From: a virus | Lineage: Duplodnaviria; Heunggongvirae; Uroviricota; Caudoviricetes | Length of the DNA: 64,000 nt | Strand: one strand, 5' to 3' | IMG/VR virus record: IMGVR_UViG_3300042402_002792 | Shown: piece after piece, positions 8,679 to 18,793 of the stretch | How positions within the stretch are numbered: the first letter of the stretch is position 1 | Layout: every line of letters starts with the position of its first letter | Position numbers and translations under genes: made by a program | Notes under the pieces: generated by a model | Told to the model about the DNA's origin: nothing | What the model saw: only the letters and a program-made list of their open reading frames with translations | Databases searched by the model: none

Positions 8679-9001
8679 CAGAAGGCGCTGATAACTTAAT
8701 TCGTGTATTAAACGCATTAAAGGCTCGTTCAGATTCCAAGGGCGTTCCGGGGCAATTTACCTGGGATGCCCTTTCTAATATGATGCGTAATTTCTCTGGC
8801 ACTGCTATAGATTACGAAACATTTAAATCACAGTTTGACGCTGTACCACAAATCAAAAACATTGTAGATAGATTTGACGGAAATGGATTAGTACTCAAAA
8901 CTAAAGAAAAACCTGAAGCTACTCGTTCGGACAAGAATAATACTGGATTAGATCAAGCGGCCAGTCGAGCAGCGGCTAAATCACTTCAACAACCCGGTTG
9001 A
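8675..9001 (+). CDS. -1 frame extension of the 7776 gene (108 codons), or separate short gene from ATG 8780
   Basis: Open frame from 8675 with no start codon until 8780; begins VTEGADNL. Confidence 0.6.
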   Translation, partial: VTEGADNLIRVLNALKARSDSKGVPGQFTWDALSNMMRNFSGTAIDYETFKSQFDAVPQIKNIVDRFDGNGLVLKTKEKPEATRSDKNNTGLDQAASRAAAKSLQQPG

Positions 9002-9026
9002 CAATTAAGTCATAGTGCTATATACT
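8998..9026 (+). promoter_or_regulatory. Sigma70 promoter
   Basis: TTGACA-17-TATACT; ATG 5 nt downstream. Confidence 0.8.
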
Positions 9027-9031
9027 GTACT

Positions 9032-9721
9032 ATGACTTTACTTGTATCAAAATATAACTATAAACCACTCTCTAGAGACGATTCAACAGGACGCAGACTA
9101 TATCAAACACCAGAAGGTGTTGCTGTTCCTAGCGTAACTACAATCTTAGATAAAACTAAACCAGCTGAAGCCCGTGAAGCATTAGCTCGTTGGAAAAAGG
9201 CTGTGGGCGAACAAAAAGCCCAAGAGATTACCACAGAAGCTGCCGGACGTGGTACTCGTATGCACAAGTTTTTAGAAGATCATATTAAAGGGGTTGCTCT
9301 TAAAGAATCAGTAACTAATCCTTATGCACAACAAAGCTTAGATATGGCTCGTAAAGTTATAGCTGAAGGCTTCCCTAAAATTAATGAAGTATGGGGATCA
9401 GAAGTGCCCTTGTACTTTCCAGAACTATATGCGGGAACTACTGATTGCTGTGGTATGCACGACGGTGACGAAGCTATTTTAGACTTTAAACAGACTAACA
9501 AACCTAAGAAACTAGAGTGGATTGGTGATTACTTCTTACAGCTAACAGCCTACGCCCTAGCACATAACGAAGTACACGGTACAAACATACGCAAGGGCGT
9601 TATTCTAATGTGTAGCAAAGACTATGAGTATCAGGAGTTTATCCTAGAGCCCAAGGATTTTGACTACTGGACAGAAGAGTGGTGTAAACGTGTGGAGCAG
9701 TACTACCGTTTGAACAGCTAA
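9032..9721 (+). CDS. PD-(D/E)XK exonuclease (YqaJ/MGME1/Cas4-like)
   Basis: PSVTTIL, RGTRMH, YAGTTD...ILDFKQT, QLTAY motifs. Confidence 0.85.
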   Translation: MTLLVSKYNYKPLSRDDSTGRRLYQTPEGVAVPSVTTILDKTKPAEAREALARWKKAVGEQKAQEITTEAAGRGTRMHKFLEDHIKGVALKESVTNPYAQQSLDMARKVIAEGFPKINEVWGSEVPLYFPELYAGTTDCCGMHDGDEAILDFKQTNKPKKLEWIGDYFLQLTAYALAHNEVHGTNIRKGVILMCSKDYEYQEFILEPKDFDYWTEEWCKRVEQYYRLNS

Positions 9722-9745
9722 ATATCGTATAACGAGGATATTTCA

Positions 9746-11371
9746 ATGGCTGTTGTACAAATAAGCAGAATTCAACTACGCAGAGGCAAACGCAATGAAG
9801 GTAGTGGACTACCTCAGCTGGCCAGCGGAGAATTAGCATGGTGTGTAGACACACAGGAGTTGTTTATAGGCAATGGTGCTGTATCAGAAGGTGCACCTGC
9901 TGTAGGCAATACTAAACTGTTGACCGATAAAGACAGCCTACTTGACCTAGGAACATACAGCTATAAAGCAGATGTTGCTGCCATACAAACAGGCTCAGAT
10001 GTCAATTTTCCTGTAGTCCGTACATTACAGCAAAGATTTGATGATCGAGTTACTAATCCTGCTTATGGTATTGAATCTAGCGGTCTTAATCAATACGCAA
10101 AGATTCAACGTGCTATTGACAATCTGTTCCTTGACATGGCCTACGAAGTTGAAAAAAGTAGAGTTGTATTAGAGTTTTTACCAGGTATATACACATTTAA
10201 TCAAACAATTTATTTGCCTAGTTATGTTTCTATTGTAGGCGCTGGTTCTCAAAAAACAGTCTTTAATTATACTGGCACAGGAACAGCGTTTGAGTTTGTT
10301 AACGATACATCTACAAAGACAGTCCGTAGTTCTATTAATTCAACAACTTATCTTAATCAGCCTAAACATACCTTGCTAAAAGGGTTTACTATTAACACTA
10401 CTGGTAATGCTGTAACTGCAATTAAATTAAATGCAGTTCGAGATTCACAATTTATAGATTTAGAAATTACTGGATCTTATAACGACTCTTCAGCATCTTT
10501 AACAGCTACTAGCAACGGTTTAGCCATGTATGCTTTAAGTGCTATTATCACATGTCAACGTAACATTTTTGATAATGTCAGCATTAACGGTTTTGCTAAT
10601 GCTGTATTTGCTAAACAAGATATTCGTAACAGTAAATTTATTAATTGTCAACTGGTCAATCATAGACAAGGATTTTATTTTGGTATAGGTGCTGATGGTA
10701 TATCGGCTGGTGAGCAGTTTGGACCTCGTTACATTACTATTGAAAATTGTTACTTTGAAAATATTGACCTTGAAGGCATTTATATAGCCAAAGGTTATAG
10801 CAATCGATCAGTTTCAAATACTTTTGTTAACGTTGGTAGCAATGGCGGCGGCTATCAAGATAACGAATCAAGCATTGTAAGATTTACCACTACTGGTAAT
10901 ACTTCAGAGTTAGATAACTTTGACAGATCAAATCCTGTAACAGCTTCTCAGGATCTTGAACAGGCAAACTTTGGATTAGTTTACAAACGAGAAGTTAGTG
11001 GAAAGGCATTGTATGCTAAGAAAGAACCTAGAACAATTACCTTAACCTATAACACTTCGCTTACAAACTTATTCCGTTTACCTACAGTAGAAACTACAAG
11101 CTTTGAAATTAATTATGTTTTAGAAAGCACATTTTATACACAGGTAAGAAGAGGCCGAATTCTTATTTCTTATGACAAAGATGCTGACACACTACAAGTA
11201 TCAGACGAATATGAATATACCGGTTCGACTAATGAAGACACAAGGATTGTATTCAATGCCTCATCAGCAGCTTCTACTGATTCAGTTATGATTCAATACA
11301 TAAACAATAATACATTTGACACAAATATTAATCCAACAATAATGACTTATACATATAGTGCTTTAAGTTGA
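9746..11371 (+). CDS. Tail/baseplate protein with Mtd-like N-terminus and beta-helix (pectate-lyase-like) domain
   Basis: RIQLRRG...LPQLASGELAW N-terminus; VLEFLPGIY and N/I-rich beta-helix rungs. Confidence 0.65.
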   Translation: MAVVQISRIQLRRGKRNEGSGLPQLASGELAWCVDTQELFIGNGAVSEGAPAVGNTKLLTDKDSLLDLGTYSYKADVAAIQTGSDVNFPVVRTLQQRFDDRVTNPAYGIESSGLNQYAKIQRAIDNLFLDMAYEVEKSRVVLEFLPGIYTFNQTIYLPSYVSIVGAGSQKTVFNYTGTGTAFEFVNDTSTKTVRSSINSTTYLNQPKHTLLKGFTINTTGNAVTAIKLNAVRDSQFIDLEITGSYNDSSASLTATSNGLAMYALSAIITCQRNIFDNVSINGFANAVFAKQDIRNSKFINCQLVNHRQGFYFGIGADGISAGEQFGPRYITIENCYFENIDLEGIYIAKGYSNRSVSNTFVNVGSNGGGYQDNESSIVRFTTTGNTSELDNFDRSNPVTASQDLEQANFGLVYKREVSGKALYAKKEPRTITLTYNTSLTNLFRLPTVETTSFEINYVLESTFYTQVRRGRILISYDKDADTLQVSDEYEYTGSTNEDTRIVFNASSAASTDSVMIQYINNNTFDTNINPTIMTYTYSALS

Positions 11372-11374
11372 TCT

Positions 11375-11797
11375 ATGCTGATCAAAGACCGTACACAAGT
11401 CTCTACCCTTTGGTATAATTTAAGGCGACAGTTAGAAAACGATTTAACACCGTTCGAAACTGTCGCTAATTTTTTCGAACAACTACCAAAGGTCAAAATA
11501 TATACCGACCCCTATGATCCTGACACATGGCCGACACCATGGGAACTCATTGACGAAAATGAATACTGTCAGTTCAACATCTTATTAGGTATATGTTACA
11601 CCATTCAATTAACCGAGCGTTTTAAGAATTGTCATCCAAAGATAAATGTAGCTATTGACACAATCAATAAAACTGTGTATTATCTTCTTATAATAAACGA
11701 TAAAGTATATGGTTACGATTCAAATTGGATCGAAGCCTCAGCTCTACCTAAGTCGTTGAAAATACAAAAGATGTATGCAATGAAAGAGCTGCACTAA
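11375..11797 (+). CDS. Hypothetical protein (140 aa)
   Basis: ORF track; DPYDPDTWPTPWELI motif. Confidence 0.7.
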   Translation: MLIKDRTQVSTLWYNLRRQLENDLTPFETVANFFEQLPKVKIYTDPYDPDTWPTPWELIDENEYCQFNILLGICYTIQLTERFKNCHPKINVAIDTINKTVYYLLIINDKVYGYDSNWIEASALPKSLKIQKMYAMKELH

Positions 11798-11821
11798 ATA
11801 CGTCCTAGACTTTAAAAAATT

Positions 11822-14167
11822 ATGACAAACATCACCGTTATTAAAAGAAATGGTTCTAAAGAACCCTTAACAATAGACAAATGGCAGACACAAGTAGCTA
11901 AGGTTTGCCAAGGCATAGCAGATGTTAGTCAATCAATGGTAGAAATAAAAGCACAACCACATTTTTACGACGGAATCACTACTAGAGAAATTGATGAAAT
12001 AACTCTAAGAGCTATTGTTGATCTTATTGATGTTGAGCACAATCCAGACATCGGTCATACTAATTATCAGTATGTAGCAGGAAAACAACGTGTTAGTATG
12101 TTACGCAAAGATGTATATGGGTCTTACAATGTTCCTCGACTGTATGATATAGTTACAAAGAATGTAGCCACTGGTCTTTATACAAGTGAACTGTTATCAT
12201 GGTACACTGAAGAAGAGTGGAACAAGATGGATACATTTATTGATCATAGTAAAGATGAACAATATGGCTATGCTGCTATTGAACAATTGATTGAAAAATA
12301 TCTTGTACGTAATCGCAGTACAAAAGAAATTTATGAAACACCACAAGTGAGATATATAATTGCAGCCGCAACAGTATTTCACAAAGAAGAGCCACATAGT
12401 GCTCGAATGAAGTACATTAAGGAATACTATAATGCTGCGAGTGATGGTCTATTTACTCTTGCTACTCCCGTGCTTGCTGGTCTTGGAACTCCTACTAAAC
12501 AATTCAGTTCTTGCGTTCTTATTCGCAGTGATGATGATTTGGACAGTATATTTGCTAGTGGAGAGATGATGGCCAAATATGCTAGCAAACGTGCTGGCAT
12601 TGGTTTAGAGATTGGACGCCTACGCCCGTTGGGATCTCCTATTAGGGGAGGTGAGATAATGCACACCGGCATGATTCCCTTCTTAAAGAAATGGTTCGGT
12701 GATTTACGTAGTTGTTCGCAAGGAGGTATTCGCAATGCAAGTGCTACTGTTTTCTATCCTATTTGGCATCATCAGTTTGATGATCTTATTGTACTTAAGA
12801 ACAACCAAGGAACAGACGAAACCCGAGTCCGTCATATGGATTATGGGGTTGTGCTTAGTAGTTTCTTCTGGAGACGATTTAAAAACAAAGAAGACATAAC
12901 CTTCTTTGATCCTAATGAAGTTCCTGACTTGTATGAGGCTTTCTACAAGAATACAGAACTGTTTGAAGAATTGTACGTTAAGTACGAAAAGCAAAAAGGT
13001 CTTCGCAAGAAGACAATGAGTGCAGAAGAAGTATTCAAGTCGGGCATACTGAAAGAACGTACTGATACAGGACGTATCTATCTAGTGTTCATTGACAACG
13101 TGATGAACCAAGGGCCATTCGATCCCGAGTATCATACAATTTACCAGAGTAACCTTTGCTGTGAAATTCTTTTACCTACTAAGTCTTTTAAGCGTCTCGA
13201 CGATGCTGACGGCCGCATCGCTTTATGTACTCTAGGATCAATCAATTGGGGAAGTTTCCGCAATCCTGAGGATATGCGTAGGGCTTGTCGTATTCTTCAG
13301 CGCAGTCTGTGTAACATACTTGACTATCAGGATTTCTTAAGTATTCAAAGTAAGTTAAGCAATGACGAAATACAGCCGTTAGGAATTGGTGTAACTAATC
13401 TTGCCTACTGGCATGCTAAACGAGGATTAAAATATGGTGATTCAGATAGTCTTGCAGACGTTAAGTCGTGGATGGAGCACCAGGCGTTCTATCTTACAGA
13501 AGCCACAGTCGACCTTGCCAAAGAAAGAGGCAAGTGTAAAGACTCGGACAAAACTTGGTACGGACGAGGCATCTTCCCGTGGGAAAGACGAGCCAAAGGT
13601 GTAAATGAATTAACTAGCTTTGTTCCAGAGTTAGACTGGGAACCACTGCGTGAACAAATGAAAGAATACGGTGTCCGTAATGCTACCTTAATGGCTGTTG
13701 CACCAGTAGAATCAAGCAGTGTTGTTATTAACAGTACAAACGGCATTGAGCTACCCATGAGTCTAATTTCTACTAAAGAATCAAAAGCAGGTTCCTTTAC
13801 ACAGGTTGTTCCTGAATATCATAAACTTAAAAACAAATATCAACTAATGTGGGAACAAAAAGATTGTCAAGGCTACTTAAAAACTGCGGCTGTGTTAGCA
13901 GCTTACATTGATCAAAGTATTTCAACAAACACATTTTACAATCCTGCACACTTCCCTGATCGTAAAGTTCCTACAACATTGATTGCTAAAAATTTAATGC
14001 AGGCTCAGTTGTGGGGTTTAAAAACATTCTATTACAGCCTAATTAACAAAGCAGGCAGCAGAGCAGTAGAAGAACAGCAGCCTAAATTAAACGGATTTCA
14101 CGAGGCACCCTTTAACGGACATGAGATTGAATTTGTAGATGATGACTGTGAAAGTTGTAAATTATAA
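11822..14167 (+). CDS. nrdA: Class Ia ribonucleotide reductase alpha subunit with ATP cone
   Basis: VIKRNG ATP cone, FSSCV, SNLCCEI, LKTFYY, C-terminal CESC. Confidence 0.97.
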   Translation: MTNITVIKRNGSKEPLTIDKWQTQVAKVCQGIADVSQSMVEIKAQPHFYDGITTREIDEITLRAIVDLIDVEHNPDIGHTNYQYVAGKQRVSMLRKDVYGSYNVPRLYDIVTKNVATGLYTSELLSWYTEEEWNKMDTFIDHSKDEQYGYAAIEQLIEKYLVRNRSTKEIYETPQVRYIIAAATVFHKEEPHSARMKYIKEYYNAASDGLFTLATPVLAGLGTPTKQFSSCVLIRSDDDLDSIFASGEMMAKYASKRAGIGLEIGRLRPLGSPIRGGEIMHTGMIPFLKKWFGDLRSCSQGGIRNASATVFYPIWHHQFDDLIVLKNNQGTDETRVRHMDYGVVLSSFFWRRFKNKEDITFFDPNEVPDLYEAFYKNTELFEELYVKYEKQKGLRKKTMSAEEVFKSGILKERTDTGRIYLVFIDNVMNQGPFDPEYHTIYQSNLCCEILLPTKSFKRLDDADGRIALCTLGSINWGSFRNPEDMRRACRILQRSLCNILDYQDFLSIQSKLSNDEIQPLGIGVTNLAYWHAKRGLKYGDSDSLADVKSWMEHQAFYLTEATVDLAKERGKCKDSDKTWYGRGIFPWERRAKGVNELTSFVPELDWEPLREQMKEYGVRNATLMAVAPVESSSVVINSTNGIELPMSLISTKESKAGSFTQVVPEYHKLKNKYQLMWEQKDCQGYLKTAAVLAAYIDQSISTNTFYNPAHFPDRKVPTTLIAKNLMQAQLWGLKTFYYSLINKAGSRAVEEQQPKLNGFHEAPFNGHEIEFVDDDCESCKL

Positions 14168-14817
14168 TGTTAGAAACTATTTGCGATATTATGGTAGACG
14201 CTTATAAGCGTAACTGGATTACCAGCCGTGATGGTAACGTAAGTATTCGTCACCACGACCGTGATCACTTTTACATTACACCTAGCGGTGTGCGTAAACA
14301 AACTCTACAGCCTGATCAGTTTAAAAAGATTGGCATTGAGAAAGGTTACTATGATCAGCCTCCTCGTCTGTATCATGCCAGTAAAGAACTACCATACACT
14401 GAGATCAGTGCCAACCTAAAGCCCAGTGGAGAACTACCATTACATTTTGGTCTACAACGAGAAATGGGACAACATACAGGTGAGGTTCGCGTAGTAGTAC
14501 ACGTTCATCCTACATACTGTATTGCCGCAATGCATGCCGGTATTGATTTGAGTACAGTCAGTGCGGCATTTCCAGAGCTTAACCGTTACACTAAGGTAGC
14601 ACCTAATGTTGGAGATGTACCTCCTATTAGTCAAGAGCTTGCGGATCAATGCCATAAACAGTTACAATTAGATAAAGACGGTAATATTGCCTATGACATA
14701 GTTGGTATCAAAGGGCACGGAGTAGTTGCTATTGACACAACACCATGGCGTGCCTATGAACATATCGAACGATTAGAACACATTTGCAAGATAGTACTTG
14801 CATCAGGAAAATATTAA
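14167..14817 (+). CDS. Class II aldolase/adducin family protein
   Basis: DGNVS, ITPSG, PSGELPLH, VVHVHPTY, GHG motifs. Confidence 0.85.
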   Translation: MLETICDIMVDAYKRNWITSRDGNVSIRHHDRDHFYITPSGVRKQTLQPDQFKKIGIEKGYYDQPPRLYHASKELPYTEISANLKPSGELPLHFGLQREMGQHTGEVRVVVHVHPTYCIAAMHAGIDLSTVSAAFPELNRYTKVAPNVGDVPPISQELADQCHKQLQLDKDGNIAYDIVGIKGHGVVAIDTTPWRAYEHIERLEHICKIVLASGKY

Positions 14818-15929
14818 TGAGCAAACAACAATACAATTTACACACAAAGACAGACTACCTGAGCCGTAAGATGTTTCTGGATCCAGCTGGTCCTGTGACT
14901 ATTCAACGATTTGAGGAAGTCAAATACAACAAGATTGCAGACTTTGAAAAGACAGCACGTGGCTTCTTTTGGGTTCCAGAAGAAATTAGTCTAACCAAAG
15001 ATGCACAAGATTTTAAGGATGCATCAGATGCGGTTAAACATATATTCACCAGTAATCTGCTTAGGCAAACTGCTCTTGACAGTTTGCAAGGTCGCGGCCC
15101 TAGTCAAATCTTTACTCCGGTCATAAGTCTACCAGAGTTGGAAGCATTAGTCTACAACTGGACATTTTTTGAAACAAACATTCACAGTCGTAGTTACAGT
15201 CACATCATTCGTAATATCTACAATGTGCCAAAGGAAGTGTTTGCTACTATTCACGACACTAAAGAAATTGTAGAGATGGCATCAAGTGTTGGTCGTTACT
15301 ATGATGACTTGCACAGATTAAATTCTTTAAAAGAAATAGCTGATCCAACAAAAGAAACAGTTATAGAGGCAGCACACATTAAAGCAATCTACCTAGCACT
15401 TCATGCAAGTTATGCATTAGAAGCATTCCGTTTTATGGTTTCATTTGCTACAAGTCTTGCTATGGTAGAAAATAAAATCTTTATTGGCAACGGTAATATC
15501 ATTAGTCTAATTCTACAAGATGAATTACTACACAAAGGTTGGACTGCTTTCTTGATTAATCAAGTAGTCAAAGAAGATCAACGATTCGCTCAAGCAGCAC
15601 AAGATTGTCAAGACGAAGTAATTCAAATTTACCGAGATGTTATTTTAGAAGAAAAAGGATGGGCAGACTACTTGTTCCAAAAAGGTCCTGTTATTGGTCT
15701 TAATGCTAACATTTTAAAAGATTTTGTTGATTATACTGCCGCTGATGCCCTTAAAGCTATTGGTATAAAGTACTGGAACGCTGCCCCAAAAACTACACCT
15801 ATTCCTTGGTTTAACAAACACAGCGATACTAGTAAAAAACAAACTGCCTTACAAGAAAACGAATCAACTAACTATGTTATCGGCGTTATGAGCGATGCTA
15901 TTAACTACGATGAATTACCTGCACTATAA
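14817..15929 (+). CDS. nrdB: Class Ia ribonucleotide reductase beta subunit
   Basis: FWVPEEI, LDSLQ, ETNIHSRSY (radical Tyr), LEAFRF, DELLH; start placed at TAATG overlap 14817. Confidence 0.96.
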   Translation: MSKQQYNLHTKTDYLSRKMFLDPAGPVTIQRFEEVKYNKIADFEKTARGFFWVPEEISLTKDAQDFKDASDAVKHIFTSNLLRQTALDSLQGRGPSQIFTPVISLPELEALVYNWTFFETNIHSRSYSHIIRNIYNVPKEVFATIHDTKEIVEMASSVGRYYDDLHRLNSLKEIADPTKETVIEAAHIKAIYLALHASYALEAFRFMVSFATSLAMVENKIFIGNGNIISLILQDELLHKGWTAFLINQVVKEDQRFAQAAQDCQDEVIQIYRDVILEEKGWADYLFQKGPVIGLNANILKDFVDYTAADALKAIGIKYWNAAPKTTPIPWFNKHSDTSKKQTALQENESTNYVIGVMSDAINYDELPAL

Positions 15930-15940
15930 AGGAAATAAAA

Positions 15941-16189
15941 ATGAAAGCTGTTATATGGAGCAAATATCACTGCCCTTATTGCGATCAGGCAAAGGCATTA
16001 TTAAAATCTAAAAATATTGAATTTGAAGAACGTAAAATTGGCGATGGGTATACTAAAGAAGAATTATTAGAAGCAGTTCCTAATGCTAGAACTGTGCCAC
16101 AAATTTTCTTAGATGAAAAACTAATCGGCGGATTTAACGAATTACAAATCTACATTCAAAACAACATGGAGCCGCAAAGCTCATTCTAA
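15941..16189 (+). CDS. grxC: Glutaredoxin
   Basis: CPYC, TVPQIF, IGGF. Confidence 0.93.
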   Translation: MKAVIWSKYHCPYCDQAKALLKSKNIEFEERKIGDGYTKEELLEAVPNARTVPQIFLDEKLIGGFNELQIYIQNNMEPQSSF

Positions 16190-16198
16190 AGGACACAC

Positions 16199-16513
16199 AT
16201 GCTATTACAAAAATCAAAATTTGACTCTGGAGACATCGTTAGTTTAAAGTTGACTTCGGGAGAAGAAATTGTTGGAAAATTCGTCAGCGAAGATATGATG
16301 GAATTTGTGCTTACCAAAGTCGTTATGTTAGCTATGACACAAAAAGGTGTAGGTATGGCACCTTATATGGTTACTGTTGATCCGGATAAGGAATATGCAA
16401 TTAACAAACAAGCGATTATTATGAAAGCGCCTACCGATAAAGAAATTGCAGATCAGTACATATATCAAACTACAGGAATACAACCTGTAAGTGCAGGAAG
16501 TATTATTAAATAA
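16199..16513 (+). CDS. Sm-like fold hypothetical protein
   Basis: GDIVSLKLTSGEEIVGK pattern. Confidence 0.6.
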   Translation: MLLQKSKFDSGDIVSLKLTSGEEIVGKFVSEDMMEFVLTKVVMLAMTQKGVGMAPYMVTVDPDKEYAINKQAIIMKAPTDKEIADQYIYQTTGIQPVSAGSIIK

Positions 16514-16564
16514 ATTTTTACCAAACGTCTTTGTAAATTAACTAATTTCCTGTAGTATATAAAC

Positions 16565-17062
16565 ATGAACATATATTTAGACATGGATGATGTAGTTGCC
16601 GACTGGATGGGATATGCTAGAAAATATCTTAGAATGGGATGGCAACAAGGAGAGATGGTTCCAGAAAATCAATGGAATCGTCTCAAAGACGATCAACGTA
16701 TGTATAGCAAGCTGGACCTTAAGGAAGGAGCCAGAGAGCTTGTTGAGTGGTGTCAAACATACATAAAACAAAATCCAACAACAAGATTATTTTTCTTAAC
16801 CGCAGTGCCGCATAATAACGATATGCCTTACAGCTTTCATGATAAAGTAGAATGGGCACAAAAATATTTTCCAGGTATCCCTGTGTTCTTTGGTCCGTAC
16901 AGTCATGATAAATGGATACGGTGTAAAAGCCCTGAAGACATCTTAATTGACGATCGAAGATCTAATAACGAAGAATGGATCAGAGCCGGCGGCCGTGCTC
17001 ACCTATACCGAACTTGGAATGATTGTAAGGTATGGTTAGAAAACGAATTAGGAGTTCTATGA
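16565..17062 (+). CDS. 5'(3')-deoxyribonucleotidase (HAD, NT5C)
   Basis: IYLDMDDVVAD, FLTA, ILIDDR. Confidence 0.88.
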   Translation: MNIYLDMDDVVADWMGYARKYLRMGWQQGEMVPENQWNRLKDDQRMYSKLDLKEGARELVEWCQTYIKQNPTTRLFFLTAVPHNNDMPYSFHDKVEWAQKYFPGIPVFFGPYSHDKWIRCKSPEDILIDDRRSNNEEWIRAGGRAHLYRTWNDCKVWLENELGVL

Positions 17063-18237
17063 AGGTTGCAGTTATAGGTGCAGGCATTGCAGGATTAACC
17101 GCAGCATACTTCTTAGCCAAAGACGGGCATGAAGTTCATGTATTCGAAAAAGAAAACGGGCCAGCCGAAAAATGTAGTTATGCTAATGGAGGACAAATCT
17201 CTGTAAGCAATTCAGAGGTATGGACTACTTGGGCTAATGTACGTAAAGGCATCAAATGGATGTTTCAAAAAGACGCACCTTTGCTTATTAGGCCTGAACT
17301 AGATTTTGATAAAGCTATTTGGTTAACTAAGTTTCTATATCATACTGCAAGTAACGACTATATTCGTAATACTATAGAAACTATTCGTATGGGTATTGAA
17401 AGTCGACAAGCGTTAATGCAGATTGCTTCAGACGAATCTATAGATTATGATCAACAATATAATGGCATACTGCACATTTACAAAAACTCCAACTACTTTA
17501 TACAAGCTCAACAAATTAAAGAGTTGTATAATGCCTACGGTTGTGAATGGGAAATACTAGACTCATATCAGGTTTATGATCAAGATCCTGCTCTAAGAGA
17601 CATGCGAGGTATTGTTGGCGGAGTATATACTTCTAGTGATTGGACTGGTGACATACACAAGTTTTGTCTAGAGCTTACTAAAGTTTTACAAGAAAAATAT
17701 AGTGTATTGTTCAGCTACGAGTATGAAAAATATTTTGTGGATACGTATGGGCATGACATTACTGTCATAGCCGCAGGCGTAGATAGTCCATCTATAGCTA
17801 GATCGTTTGGGGATAATTTACCTATATACCCTGTTAAGGGATATAGTATTACTATACCAGCAGTTAACGACATTAATTATTTGGCTATGCCGCAGGTCAG
17901 CTTGCTAGACGACGAAGCCAAAATTGTAACTAGCACTTTAGGTAACAGACTCAGAGTTGCGGGTACCGCAGAGCTAGCAGGACATAACTATACTATACGT
18001 AAAGACAGAATAGAACCGTTGGTGCGTTGGGTTAAAACAAACTTCCCTCACATTGAGATAGCAGATTATAATGAGTGGGCTTGTTTAAGACCTATGACAC
18101 CAAATATGATGCCCATTGTAGGTCAAAGCAAAGTCAAAGACAATGTGTACTACCATACAGGACATGGACATCTAGGTTGGACACTGTCCGCAGGAACGGC
18201 TAAGAAGTTAGCCAAACTCATTAAAGAAAGGATATAA
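17059..18237 (+). CDS. dadA: D-amino acid dehydrogenase small subunit
   Basis: GAGIAG, SYANGG, PVKGYSIT, RVAGTAE, LRPMTP, GHGHLGWT; start at 17059 after GGAG. Confidence 0.9.
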   Translation: MKVAVIGAGIAGLTAAYFLAKDGHEVHVFEKENGPAEKCSYANGGQISVSNSEVWTTWANVRKGIKWMFQKDAPLLIRPELDFDKAIWLTKFLYHTASNDYIRNTIETIRMGIESRQALMQIASDESIDYDQQYNGILHIYKNSNYFIQAQQIKELYNAYGCEWEILDSYQVYDQDPALRDMRGIVGGVYTSSDWTGDIHKFCLELTKVLQEKYSVLFSYEYEKYFVDTYGHDITVIAAGVDSPSIARSFGDNLPIYPVKGYSITIPAVNDINYLAMPQVSLLDDEAKIVTSTLGNRLRVAGTAELAGHNYTIRKDRIEPLVRWVKTNFPHIEIADYNEWACLRPMTPNMMPIVGQSKVKDNVYYHTGHGHLGWTLSAGTAKKLAKLIKERI

Positions 18238-18238
18238 C

Positions 18239-18439
18239 ATGAGTCAAAATAAATTTTCAGAATTCACAAAAATCGTAGAAGCCATGGAAGGCGACTTTGA
18301 AAAGTTTTACGACAAAGAAGTAGGTGCCGCAGGTACTCGCGTTCGTAAGCATTTACAAGAACTTGCCAAACTGTGCAAAGAAACTCGTAACGATGTTACC
18401 GCAGTTAAAAACGCTCGTAAAGAAGCATCTGGCAAGTAA
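18239..18439 (+). CDS. Histone H1-like protein (Hc1 family)
   Basis: DFEKFYDK..AAGTRVRK.LQEL motif. Confidence 0.7.
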   Translation: MSQNKFSEFTKIVEAMEGDFEKFYDKEVGAAGTRVRKHLQELAKLCKETRNDVTAVKNARKEASGK

Positions 18440-18490
18440 TTGTCAACGAAATACCCGGTAAATACGTTATATACTTACAAGGGGTATATT

Positions 18491-18793
18491 ATGAAAAGAT
18501 TTTTAACTGTTCTATTACTAACTATTAGTGCTACAGCATTTGCTGGCCCGCATCATGGGCATGGGTTTAGACATCACGGACATTGGCAGGGTGGATATAA
18601 TAATTGGATTGCACCTGCTATTGTTGGCGGAGTCGTGACTTATGTACTAACTCGTCCGCAACCAGCACCTGTTATTATAGAACAACAACCTGTAATCGTG
18701 CAGCCTACACAAACGTGTACTGAATGGCGAGAAATTCAAACTCTAGAAGGTAAAACTTATAAGGAGAGAACTTGCTATGGCATACAGCGATAA
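18491..18793 (+). CDS. Exported His/Pro-rich small protein
   Basis: Signal peptide MKRFLTVLLLTISATAFA; HHGHG; PAPVII. Confidence 0.7.
   Translation: MKRFLTVLLLTISATAFAGPHHGHGFRHHGHWQGGYNNWIAPAIVGGVVTYVLTRPQPAPVIIEQQPVIVQPTQTCTEWREIQTLEGKTYKERTCYGIQR

Noticed and set aside
14784-14816. Track start of nrdB at 14784, and similar extended starts for dadA 17032, 18440, 20777, 23217, 25575, 27533, 53328
   Set aside because: Downstream ATGs have SD or stop-start coupling and match family N-termini
11822-15929. Introns, inteins or homing endonucleases in nrdA/nrdB
   Set aside because: Both ORFs are continuous, of normal length, with no intein or LAGLIDADG/HNH motifs seen
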